A stretch of DNA of 64,000 nt, from contig CDPCPM010000213.1 of NCBI GenBank assembly GCA_976551045.1, forward strand, positions 9,982,001-10,046,000. The letters are read 5' to 3'. The notes under the pieces are model-generated. The model was given only the letters and a program-made list of their open reading frames with translations, was not told the origin of the DNA and ran no database searches. Each line of letters starts with the position of its first letter. Within the stretch, counting starts at the first letter, position 1. Origin of the DNA: Glaucostegus cemiculus (Eukaryota). Position numbers and translations under genes: made by a program. Of the stretch, positions 25,101 through 37,100 are shown in pieces.

Positions 25101-28100
25101 ACAAATTTGTAATGGGAATTTTAGTTAATTACTTTTGTTACGCCTGGTCGACAGGGCAAGTTTAAATAGCTTATTACACACAAAATCATTTGTTTCATGG
25201 TTGAGTACAACCAAGTTTTGGAGAACCCACTTTGGAACATGGTATTAAGTGTTTACCAGTTTATCTTTTTCAATAACTTGACACATTTAAATGTAAAAAT
25301 ATATTAATTTATCAAAAGTATATCCAGAAAAATAAATGATATTTAATAAGACATTTTACTTTACTAAGGAAGGTAATCCTTTACAAATCATTGGTTAGCC
25401 TTATCACCTACAATGGCACAAAGAAGTGTGACTCCCCCCACGTCAGAGTGAATGCAGCTCCAACAACATGCAAAGAGTTCAATACAAGCAGGGCAAAGTT
25501 AATGGAACCCTAGTCACCATCTTAAACATTCACTGATGCAAAGTGGCTTCAATTTATAAAATGTGCTGCAGCAACTTGCAAAACCTCCTGTGAGAGCATT
25601 TCCCCAAATTCTTACCACCTAGACGAGAAGGGTGGTACCAGATGAACAGGAATACTATCCCATCCAAGTCACTCACCAGTATGATTTTGAAATGTATCAC
25701 AATTTCTACATTGTCACTGGGTCAAAATCCAGAATCTCTCCATTTTCAATACTGGGGGAGTAGCTACACTACTCTAGCTGCTGTGAATCGAGGAGGCTGG
25801 CAATCACCTTCTCAAGGGCAATTAACAATGGACAATAATTGTCAGCCTTGCCAGGGAGTTGCACCTCCCAGTAATGAATATTTTTTTTTAAAAAGGCTAG
25901 CGTATTGTAACTGAAAGAATATTTGATCAAGGAATTCTGATATACACACACAATTCACATCACACAGATTTTCTGATTCAAATACAAAATCTTTGAATCC
26001 TCTGTTATAGAACATTATGATTTTGTTGGCTCTTTGAAATCATTTTCCCTTTATGTCACACACCCCAGTCTTTTACTCTACAACACTACCAATTTGTCCA
26101 CTTCAAATCAAGTCTAATTGCCTTTAGAAATTTCTTATGGAATTTGCTCCCAACAACCCATCAGGCTGTACATTCCAGATGTTAATAAAAAAAAAGAATC
26201 TGCTGCCCCTTTGCATCTTATGCCAGTCATTTTAAAACTGTGACCTCTGGTTACTGACTTATTAGAGGAATATTTTTTACTCTACTTGCTCAAATAAATT
26301 CCCTTAGGACTTTGTTAATTTATCCTTAACCTTAAGATAATTTAAGATGAACATTCCTAGCTTCTCCAATCCCTCGATGTAACTAAAGTCCCTCATTCTT
26401 GGTATCATCCTGGTACCATTTCTAAATACCTTAGCTTGACATCCTTCCTAACATCCTGACTTATAGTCAATACTCCAACTAAGGTCCAACCAACCAGTTA
26501 ATTTGTTTAAGGTTACTTTCCTTAATCATTCAGATGATGTTTTACCAAATTGCCTTAATTTTTTCAGGATTTCTTTTGCTCTTTTCAGCAATAACACTGT
26601 ATCCTTGAACCAGAATTCCCAAAAACTACGATGGTGTACTCTGAGTAACCCATTTTACTTTCAGTTACCAGGCTAAAGAATGAGTAGCATTGTGGTAAAA
26701 ATAGATTTTTTTTAATACCACACAAAGTAATTCATGCTAAGTATATTGTTGAACAAAGTGCTTCTTGAGTGCTATGTCAAAGAAGTGTTTTTAAAGCACT
26801 ACTGGCCAATACATAGATGTTAAGTTGTCAACATTTTAGTGATTAGAGATAAAGTTTTTGTGAACTATACTTGATCAATGGCTTAACCTTTTGCAATGTT
26901 TCAATTGCTAAGACTGATGCTTTTCCTGATAACAATGTTAACAATTTCTGTAGATATTCTTAAGCACATCAACATTTGGCCAGTAATAGAGGTGGTATGC
27001 ACTGCATAATAATTTCTCAGACATGCTCCCAGCATTCCACATTTCAATAAATGTGAAAGCAGCAGTTCCATTCCATGCAAGTATAGTTGCACTATTTTGT
27101 TTCTCAAAGAAAGCTAAAAATTCTGTGGTAGACACAAAGAATTGTAAATAGATGTTATCTTTTGTTTGTCTGTCCAGATCAGTCCTTTTCAAGCCAGGAT
27201 CCAGCTTTGCCTCAAAAAGCCAAATTGAAGCAGTAGCAATAATAGATGTCCCGAGGGCTTTAGATGCCACACTGTCAGGCATCGGAGAATCATGGCAGTC
27301 AGTGTGATAAGTTGTTGCCATATGATGGCCTGTATATCAAAGGGAAGCCATTTCATAGCAGTCAATCATTTTAGACAGTCTAGTTTACTCATTTCACATG
27401 CTCTCGACTAGGTTTCCTTTCACATAACTTGAACAGTTTTGGCAGCAAAATAACCAAATTCTGCAACTGGTTTCAATTGAAAAAAAATTAAATATTGAAC
27501 TTTTGCTTCTTGTCACATTTTTGCACATTGGGCCCAGAAAAGTTTCAACTGCAGGCTTTCAGAATAAGGCTACAGAAATAAGAACTCCAGTGATATCTGG
27601 AATCAATTAATGTAAGTTACACTGTATTAATGTAGAAGGCAGGAAATGGTAGATCTCATTCAGTTTGTGAGCTGAAGGGAAGTTTGGCTTTGATGTCTTG
27701 TAAACTTAATTATTACTTGCAGGAAAAGCCATTGGGCCTAAGCAGAGAAAGTAATTGAAACCCTTACATCATTAATTGGCCAATCATTGCAAATTCATTG
27801 TATCTACTGCAGAATCTAAGCACAAAAGCATCTGGGTGTTAAATTCTGTATGGAGTAAAGTAGGAAGCAGTCAGGAAGAGGCATGCTTGTCGCTTACTTA
27901 AATCCCCATCCAGTACCCCCTAGGACAATGGCAGCCACCAGGATGGCGCCTGCGATGGACCCTATAATGATATTGGTACCACTAGGACCTGTGACAAAGG
28001 GGAGGGGGAAACGAAACCATGGGAACACACATGTCAGAATCAAAGCACTAACTTTTCAGAGACATCTCTATTATATCTTCACGTATCGCTTACTGTGGGC

Positions 28101-31100
28101 CCGGATGTTTGTATTAAATAACGTGTCCTATTTGGCACCAATTTTTTCTTTGGAAGACTGTAGAGAAAAAAGCACAAATGTTCAAGCTCAAAGATGCTGC
28201 AGCCAAATGACAACCTATGAAAAGAGGAAGTGTGAGTAGAGATCACTTGCTTATCACTGCACTTCCCATTGGTTAGCTAATACTGCTAATGTCTCCACCA
28301 GTGCTAACTCTGTGGCATGGATATAAGGAGAAGAAAATCCAATCAGAATTTCAGGGAAAACTGGCAAGTTTCTCAGAGCCTTACGAAGGTATCTCCCAGT
28401 GCACACCCCCCCACCCCCGCCTCCACCTTTTAGAACATACAACAGTGGAACAGAACTGGTTAAGTATAATTTAGTAACAACAAGAAGCCCAAGTGAAATC
28501 CTTTTTTAGTTATTGGGCAAAATGATCACTAATGAATCAGCACCTCATCTTATCAGCTACTCAGCAATTTTCCCTGCAATTACTTTAAAAGACCACCAAT
28601 TCTCTTCTGCATGTTTTGTACTATTGCTGAAGAGGAATATCACTTCCTCCAATCTCACAACTCATACAGTTCATTCAGCCTATAAAAGGGATCCATCACC
28701 TTCTTGAAATCTGAAACCTCCAACATATGGGTGTTTATATTTACAATAAGTTTTTGTGGATAGTAGTGAAGGTTGTCAAAAGGTACAGTGTGTACCTTTT
28801 GTAAAGGATATAGTGTGTGGAGAAGTGGCAGGTGGAATTTAATCAAGACAAGTGTGAGGTGTTACATTTTGGGAGGTCAAATGCAAGAGAAAGTATACAG
28901 TAAATGGCAGGACACTAAGGACCACTGATACACAGTGAGATCTTGGGGTGCAGGTCCATTGTTCCAGAAAGTGGCAATACAAGTAGACAGGCTGGTAAAG
29001 GTGTATGGCATACTTGGCTTTATCAGTCAAGGTGTTAAGTACAAAAGTTGGGAAGTCATGCTGCAGCTGTATAAAACTTTGGTGAGGTTGCATTTGGAAT
29101 ATTGTGTACAGTTCTGTGCATCAATCTATAGGATGTGGAGGCTTTGGAGAGGTTAACCAGGATGTTGCCTGGATTGGTGTGTATTAGCTATAAGGAGAGG
29201 TTGGACAAATTTTGATCGTTTTCTATGGAGCATCAGAAGCTGAGTATATAAAAGGCACAGAGAGGGTAGATAGTATCTGTTTCCCAGGATGGAAGTGTCA
29301 AATACCAGAAATTTAAGGTGAGAGGGAGAAAAGTTTAAAGGAGTTTTGTAAGGAAAGGTTTTTTTTTACACACGGAGAGTGGGAGGTGCCTGAAAAGCAC
29401 TGTCAGGGAAGGGGGTAGAAACAGATACAATAGCTATGTTTAAGAGGCATTTAGATACATGAACAGGCAGAGAACAGAGGGATATAGACCACATGCAGGC
29501 ATCGGGATTGGTTTAAATTTGGCATCATGGTTGGTGCAGGCATGGTCTGTTTCTGTGCTGTACTATGTTCTAGTTTCTCCCTCTTGAAAGGTACTCTGTG
29601 TGCCTCCTACTTTCTTCCACTCATGTCTTGCACCCTCCTCTCTCTCTCTCTCTCACACATACACACAATGGCCATTTTTCTCCTGTAAACCCAAAGAGTG
29701 ATCGTCATTAGGGTATTCAACTGCAGGAGCACTACTACTCAGAGTACTACAAATGCACCACTTCCAGCAGGGATTGTTAACTGATTTACCTAAATGTATT
29801 TAAGGTCACTGAACATACAAACTGTACATCTTAGCTGCATCTGTTGTGACATGCAAGCCTCAACTACAACAACAGCCTGTCTTTATTATGGTCCCCGGGT
29901 GACTGCGCTTCAGTTGTCCTTCACTAGGCTGTAACACACTTCGGGATGTCCTCAAAAGATCATAAAATACATCATGTAACTGTCAGTCATTCTTTCTTTG
30001 GATAGTGGCCCACAGACTAAATTGCATAATAAGCAATCTGCCGGAGCAACTCTGTGGATTGGGCAACATCTGCGGAAAGAAGGAATTGTTGATGTTTCGG
30101 GTCCAAACCCTGCATCAGAACATTGGAGCAACAAACAGTCTGCAGGAGGAACGCAGTGTGTCAAACTGCATCTGTGGGGGGAGGAAGGGTTTAGACTCAA
30201 AACGTCGACAATTCCTTTACACCACCAATGCTGGTCGACTCATTGAGTCCCTCCAGCAGATTGTTTGTTGCTCTAGATTCCAACATCTGCAGCCTCTTGT
30301 GTCTCTCTTAATTTCATAATGCAGTTTTACACTCAGTGTAGTGCAATTGAACATTTATCCTCCTGGAATGAAGCAATAACAACTATTATAGTGTTTCATG
30401 TCACTGTAGCTCAACGGTAGGCAATCAGAATTGAATGAACTTGTGACCCTGACATAATTTCCATGTTAGAGTCACACAGGATGATAACATTTTCTGCATA
30501 ACATTTCTTTTGGGGTATTGTGGATGTACCATCTTTGGGCATCCCTGGGAACAATCTGGTCTTACCAGTATGGCACAGGACTAGAAGATGTCAATTGTTT
30601 TCCTTTCACCCATTCCTGCATTGTCCCGATCTGCCCCACCACCACTTCCTACCCATCATCACCCTCCCATCTCTATGACATTCCTCATGAACCCCCCAAT
30701 GCCATTATGTAATACCCCCAAATCCCAACTGCTTCCCGCCACCCTGACCACTGTACACACATATTCTACCACTCACACTACAAGGGAGTGAAGGGGTATG
30801 AAAGAAAGTAGAGCTGAGGCCAAGACTGGATTGGCCATGATCTTATTGAATGGCAGAACAGACTCAAGGGCCCAAATGACCAACTCCTTCTTCTGTTTCT
30901 TACATTTTTATTCCTCAACCTGCCCCTAATTCACCCACAAAATCCATTTTGTGATCAGTATACAGAGTGGCAAATTTTCAATATTGAAAATGTCAAAAGC
31001 TTTTGGTACAATGTCCAAATTTTTACAGCAGGGGGTAGGGGTGTTATTGTGGGTATGGGGAGGGTACATAAACCACTGTTGGCACCCCACAGCACCACCA

Positions 31101-34100
31101 CCCATAGAATTTCTAAGTCAGTCTTATTAATGTAGTGAAATATCCTGAGGTTTTTCACACAAGTATTCTTACACATATTCAGCACAGAATCACCTGAGAA
31201 TTAGGACAGTTGAACAAGTGTTGGTCAGAGGGATTTTAACAAGTACTTTAAAGATCAATGAGAGTAGAAAGGCAGAGGGTTAGGAGGGAACTTTGGGACA
31301 TGGGGCCCTGGCAACCAACAGTATGCCCACTTAGTAACTGCAATCAGTAACAACTGAGGACTGAACGACCAAGGACAGGATTACAAATATACAAGGATCA
31401 GGGGTCAAATATAACCTACAATCAGTTATCAGAAAGAAGGGTGGAGGCAAAAGTTTGTGGGGACAAAGTTTGTGTCAATGGTTTCAGTTTTTGTAACATT
31501 CAGTTGGACAAACTTTCAACTCATCCACTAGTTTTAATTTACAGACACTGGAAGAGTCAAGAGAAGCGATGGTAAAGCTGGGTGCCTCAGTGTCCGTGTG
31601 CTCTGGGCTGCTGATGCTGATAGGCTGCATGTTGATGGGAAATTGCAAAGGTTGTGAGATTGCAGGGTGGGAGGAGATGACACAAAAAGGTAGCTTCCAC
31701 AAAAGGCAGGTGACTCAAAATGTGTGGCAGATAGAAAGAGAAACAATTGCAACTGAGCCTCTCTTCCACTAAACTCTGTTTGTAACAACCTCTGCTTCTA
31801 CATTTTCTGTTTATACTTCTTTTTAACTTGGAATAATTCTACATACAAACAGCATACTCAAGTAACCAAGAATTCATTCTGTCAAAGGAATAAAACATTG
31901 TAAAATGTTAGAGAAACCTATCAGATCTTTCAAAACTAGGTAATAGAGCAAACCTGTTAGAGTCTGTCATATAGCTGAGACCATGTTATAGGCAACGCTT
32001 GTAAAAACGATATTATTTGCAACAATCAAATTAAAGCACATTTAAAATATAAAAGTGTAGAAGTCACACAGAAGAGATCACCTGTCCATACAGTTCAGAT
32101 TTTAGTTCCTACATTAACTAATAAATTTTTGCCTCTGCCAATCCACTTGGCTAATTATTGCAAACATTATAGTAATGTGTTCTTTGCTATATATTTTTCA
32201 AATTCACATTTCATATACAAGTTAATGTTCTCTGATCCTATACTGGCTAACTATAAAGCACTTCCATAGATTTAACAGACCATTTCAATTAATATTCAAT
32301 TGGACATCTTTCTATAGAAGACATATTTCCCAATCTTTCTTCATTATTCTGTATTGTTACATTTGAGAATAAATTTGCTCTTCTCTGTACCTGTGCATTA
32401 TGCTTTGAATATAAATATTTTGACCAGTGCCTGGTCTCTGGAAATGAAGGGGTTGAAATTCAATGTCAGTTGCTGGCAACACAATACCGTAGTGCTTGTG
32501 TGCTGTACTCCCCATCCAAAATTCAGTTCCATTGAAGTCACTGGGACTGAATTTTGAAAAGCAGAATACTTACTGTCTGTTTAGTGCAAGGAAGCATGGA
32601 TGCGCTTCTTACCTGCCGAGTTCCTACTTCCACTGTGAAGCCTTGTAGCAGCAGCTGCAAATCAGAGATCTGGACGCATTGCATATAATTTTCTGATACA
32701 TGATGGCATCAGGCGAGGCTTGCTACTGGCACTAAAAATTACACCTTAGCATTTCAACTTGAACACTGAGCTCCACTTCCCTCTCCTCACTTGCAGAATT
32801 TTCTATTTGTATTATAGATTTCCTGCACCTGTAGCATTTTGCCTTTGAGTTATGGTCCATTTTGGGAACACTCTCCACAGACAGCATGGGCAGTTCTAGC
32901 TGAACTTGTCTCTGTTGCAAATATTGCAGTCAGGCTGTCAGGCACATCCCCAGCTTCTCGATGTGTATGTGCATCAGTCCTTCACCTGTGGGTTCCCCAG
33001 TAGAACTGATTCTAACCCTTGCAACACTGAAATGTTGGCAATGATGCCACAGCATTCCAGCAACTGTCCTCAGACTAATCAGATTGCTCACCCTGCGCTG
33101 GGGAAGTGGCAGTGGCTCCATAGATCTACTCTTCTCTTCTCACAGTGATAGTATTTGCTGCTGTCACTCTGATTGCCCTGCAGCAACTAGCCCAGACTGC
33201 TGCCACTCATGGTGAGATGGTATTGTCAATGGCCCTCACTGTGTGTTAAGTAGTCATTGTCACAGGGCATGAGTCAAATGAATATTTCATGATGATTGCT
33301 GTTGCTGTTTTGGTCATGGCCAATACTCATATATCATACTTCCTCATAACACAGAGGAGGCCATTTGGCCCACTGAATCTATGCCACCTCACACAGCTAT
33401 TCCCCTCCCCCCACCTATTCTCTGTTACCTCAGTGTGCATGAAGTGGGCATGGAAGTACATTATTTAACATAATATGCACTGAGTATGCATTAATGTGCT
33501 GATTGGGAACAGCACCAATATCACTTTAAAAAAAATCAACTTTCTATTCCTCCTTCTCTCAGTTTGATCCCTTTCATTGTTGACTAAAGAACCACTTTTC
33601 TAATCACTTAGTGAAACTATTTTGGTTTTTTTAAACTACCAAAGGCAAGTTATTTGCATTTTTCAAAGAAAGTGAACAACCAATCTTAAGCAATTTGGTT
33701 AGTTGGTTTCAGCTTTCTAAACTTTTGTTGATCTTAAAATGAACCACACATAATATTTTGTTGAAACCAATTGCATCTCTAGTTACAGTTAAGCATTTGG
33801 AAAATGTAATTAGTAGTTTCTGCACCCTCTTTATGAGAGAACTTTCGTGTGGAGGACAATAGATGCCATTGCCATTAAGTTACTACAACCTTTCATTGAA
33901 TGTGCTTCAGAATATGACTTGCACATTTAAATTTAACTTGTTATAGTGTGATAATTTTTAAATGAGCAGGTAGTTTTGTTTCTAAATATTAGATCATATT
34001 AGGTTGTATACAGACCCTTGTACTGCCCTTCTGTATCCTCTGCTGGAGCTGGTTCTGGATATGGGTCAAAAACACTGCAGTCTTTCCCTGTCCAGTCACG

Positions 34101-37100
34101 GACACATATACATTTTGCCTCATTACTGCACACCTGCAAGCAAAGTGCAAACATTCAGCAAAGTGATGCAACCATTTCATTCATTAAACAACTCCCTTCC
34201 CTAATCTAGTACAGATGAAAACAGTAAGCAGCCGAACACGCTTGTAGCCAATTTCCAACCTTCCATACAAGTTATATATATCATCTTTATAATTGTGAAC
34301 TGTCATTTCTAAATCAACACATCGGCTCAAGTTTTGTAGTTCAGAACAGAATCTTACCCCTTTGAAAAATGGGGGCTTTTCTGGCTGGCAAAGCTTTCCA
34401 TTACATTTCAGAGTCAGGACATCTTTAGTGGACTTTTAGAGACCCTGTTGTTCCTCAGGCCACATTGTTGGAGGACAGGAAACATCAAGCCACACCTTCA
34501 TCTGGACCCAATAAGTGTGAGCAAGGGGTGACCACGGGCACTGAGCCCATACCAATAATGTTGGTGACTACAGTGCTAAGATTTATTTTCTACTTTGCTT
34601 GCAGCAAAGTGATTAGAAGGATAAAATTCACTTGTACATTAGAACTAACAGAAGGGATTAACCTTTGTCTTTCCACTTGTAAGTTACCTGCAGTCACTGG
34701 GAGTACCATAAAGAGAGGAGTACCAATCTGTGGTTATCCACCTCCTAATCCCTACTGCACAGGGCAAAAGGAACTGGATATGTGCTTTAACCCTCCTCCT
34801 GCCCCACACTTAAAAGGAGACTGCCAAAGGCACAAAATGGATGTCTCTGTAGTTAATAATGGGAATTGGATAAAGGTTAAACTAAGCAGATAGGTCAAGG
34901 GTCAGAGAAGTCCTGTGTGCTGGATCTTCATGGCATTTATTTTAATTCATCTCTACTCCGTGCTTATGTTCAGTCTTTTAAATAAAGAAATCAGACATTC
35001 CCAATTAAATTTTGTATTAAAACACTGGATTACCAAGGGGAGAAAATTATCCCTCATTTGGACAAAGCCTTGCTCTGGTTTCGTCTGCAGTAGGGCATTA
35101 CAACTCAGGGAATAGGGATAAAGGACAAAGAGAATAATACCAGGATTTAAAGGGTTACAATGTAAGAATGGTAAACTTGCATTTATTCCCCAAATTTGTA
35201 CAGTTCAAAGATCACTCAAGTGAGATTGTTCAAATATTAAAGGGATTCAATGGGTAGATATTTCAGGTTACAGTATCCAAAACAAGGGGATATCATTTCT
35301 GAATTTTAACTGGGTCTTTCAGAAGGCATCAAGGGAGCAACAGAAGGAAAATAGAGGAACATTTTTGACCCATAGTTCGGATCTCTGGCTAAGGCTGGAG
35401 GCGAAATTAAAAAAGGACAACAGGCAGGTCACAGGCTATTGTAAGCAGGACACACCAGGGGAAGCAATTAGTGAATGCTTTTGTTGCAGATTTCAGGAGT
35501 GGAAATTCATCTTGTTGCTTTGCATTCAAACATGTACTAGCAGTTGGGTGCTGTATTCCACCTCAGAAATCCAATTAAGCTGTTAGATCTGGATGTGTGT
35601 GTCAAGGACATGGTCACTGTGCATCCCTGATCCCCCTGAAAAAGTGAACGAAGGACACAAAGTTGTTGGATTATAATGCTGGACTTCGGCCAAGGAAAAG
35701 AGGACATGATTGTTCATGGTCTACAAGAGTACCTAACATTGGTGAGTGTTGTGATGGGTGTGGTATGTATTGGCATATCCAACAGCCAGAGGCATTAACA
35801 GCATCTGCAAATTCAATTGACATCCATAAGAACATGTTATGGGTCATTTCAACCGGCACATTGTGAGTGGACAAGATTGGTAAAAATGCAAAAGCAACAA
35901 ACAATATCAGAATGAGCGTCAACATATCCAGTTCAACCCCCAGTGGTTAACAACTTTGTTCGATGTCTTCTGGCTGGTTAGTGATTTGATTGTTGCTGGT
36001 TGGTTCCTAGGTAATAGTGTGTGTTAGAGAGCAGTGGTTGGTTCCCCGGGTAACTGTGTGTTTGGAGAGCAGTGATTGGTTGGTTAGTTGGTTCCTCAGG
36101 TAACTGTGTGTCAGGGGGTTCACATCTTACCCTGGAAACCATGGACCACTTCCCGTGTCCTGGGCACCACCCCTCAGTGAAGGCAGACCTGGAGGAAGAG
36201 GTTCACTGTCACCTTCAGTGTCCCAGCTCTGGCTTTGGTCATCTGGGCAAAACCTGAAACCCAGCACAAAGCTCACGATGTAGCTGGCAGCAGTGTTCTC
36301 TGCTGCTGTGTACATTCCCACTTTAGAATTACCTCTTTCTCTTCCTGTCTCTCTTCCTTTATTTGTTTTTCTCTGTCTGAGTCTTTTTCTGCCTTTCACA
36401 CTATTCCCAGACCTGATCTGACACACGAGTCAGTGTCCTCTGTCACCCGGACTTGCTTCAGAAGTTGGTCAGCGAAGAAGCAGTCACGTTTCCATCAAAA
36501 GGAAAAGTGCCTGTTTTTGACTTTGTTTCTGAATTCCTTCAGGGAGAAGTCACAGGGTGACCCAGTAGGTCATGGAAAGCTCCCTGAAATTCCGAGTTGC
36601 CCTCCACAGGCAGTAGCATCCGGTCTGGGATTTCATTGCTGTTGTATAATTTATTTACGGCAGGACATGGTGGGCCGAAGGGCCTGTATTGTGCTGTATT
36701 ATTCCGTGGTTCTATTGTTCTATGATCACCATAGCCCAGTGGCGTAGGCACTGAGTTAGAGGTTACCAGCGCATTAACCTTAGTGCTTGCTGTCTATTTC
36801 TTCATTTCCTGGTGCCACCTTTGCTTGCTTGCTGTGGTTAGCATGTATCCACCTACTTTTTCCTTCGATCTTTACTGCTGAATTAGTAATCAGCAGCACT
36901 TGATAAAGGTCCTTCCCACCAAGTGCCCAATGGCTCTTTGTGTAGCTTCTTGATCAGGACCCACTCACCAGAAATTAAGGATGGCTCCAGGCAGCAGAAA
37001 CCTGTTGAGAAGGAGGCTGAACAGTTTGGGTTAGTTTCACACAACAGTCAAGTAAGCTGTCTGTCATAATGTGTATATCAGCTTCTGAGGTCAATAACTC

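Noticed and set aside
26938-27321. 127-aa intronic ORF containing ALGTSI, loosely like the ADAM22 WETSI tail
   Set aside because: There is no real similarity, the motif is not C-terminal, and no splice context fits.
35995-36115. Regularly spaced ~37-bp repeats as a CRISPR-like array
   Set aside because: The context is eukaryotic and retroviral, the repeats are tandem without unique spacers, and there are no cas genes.
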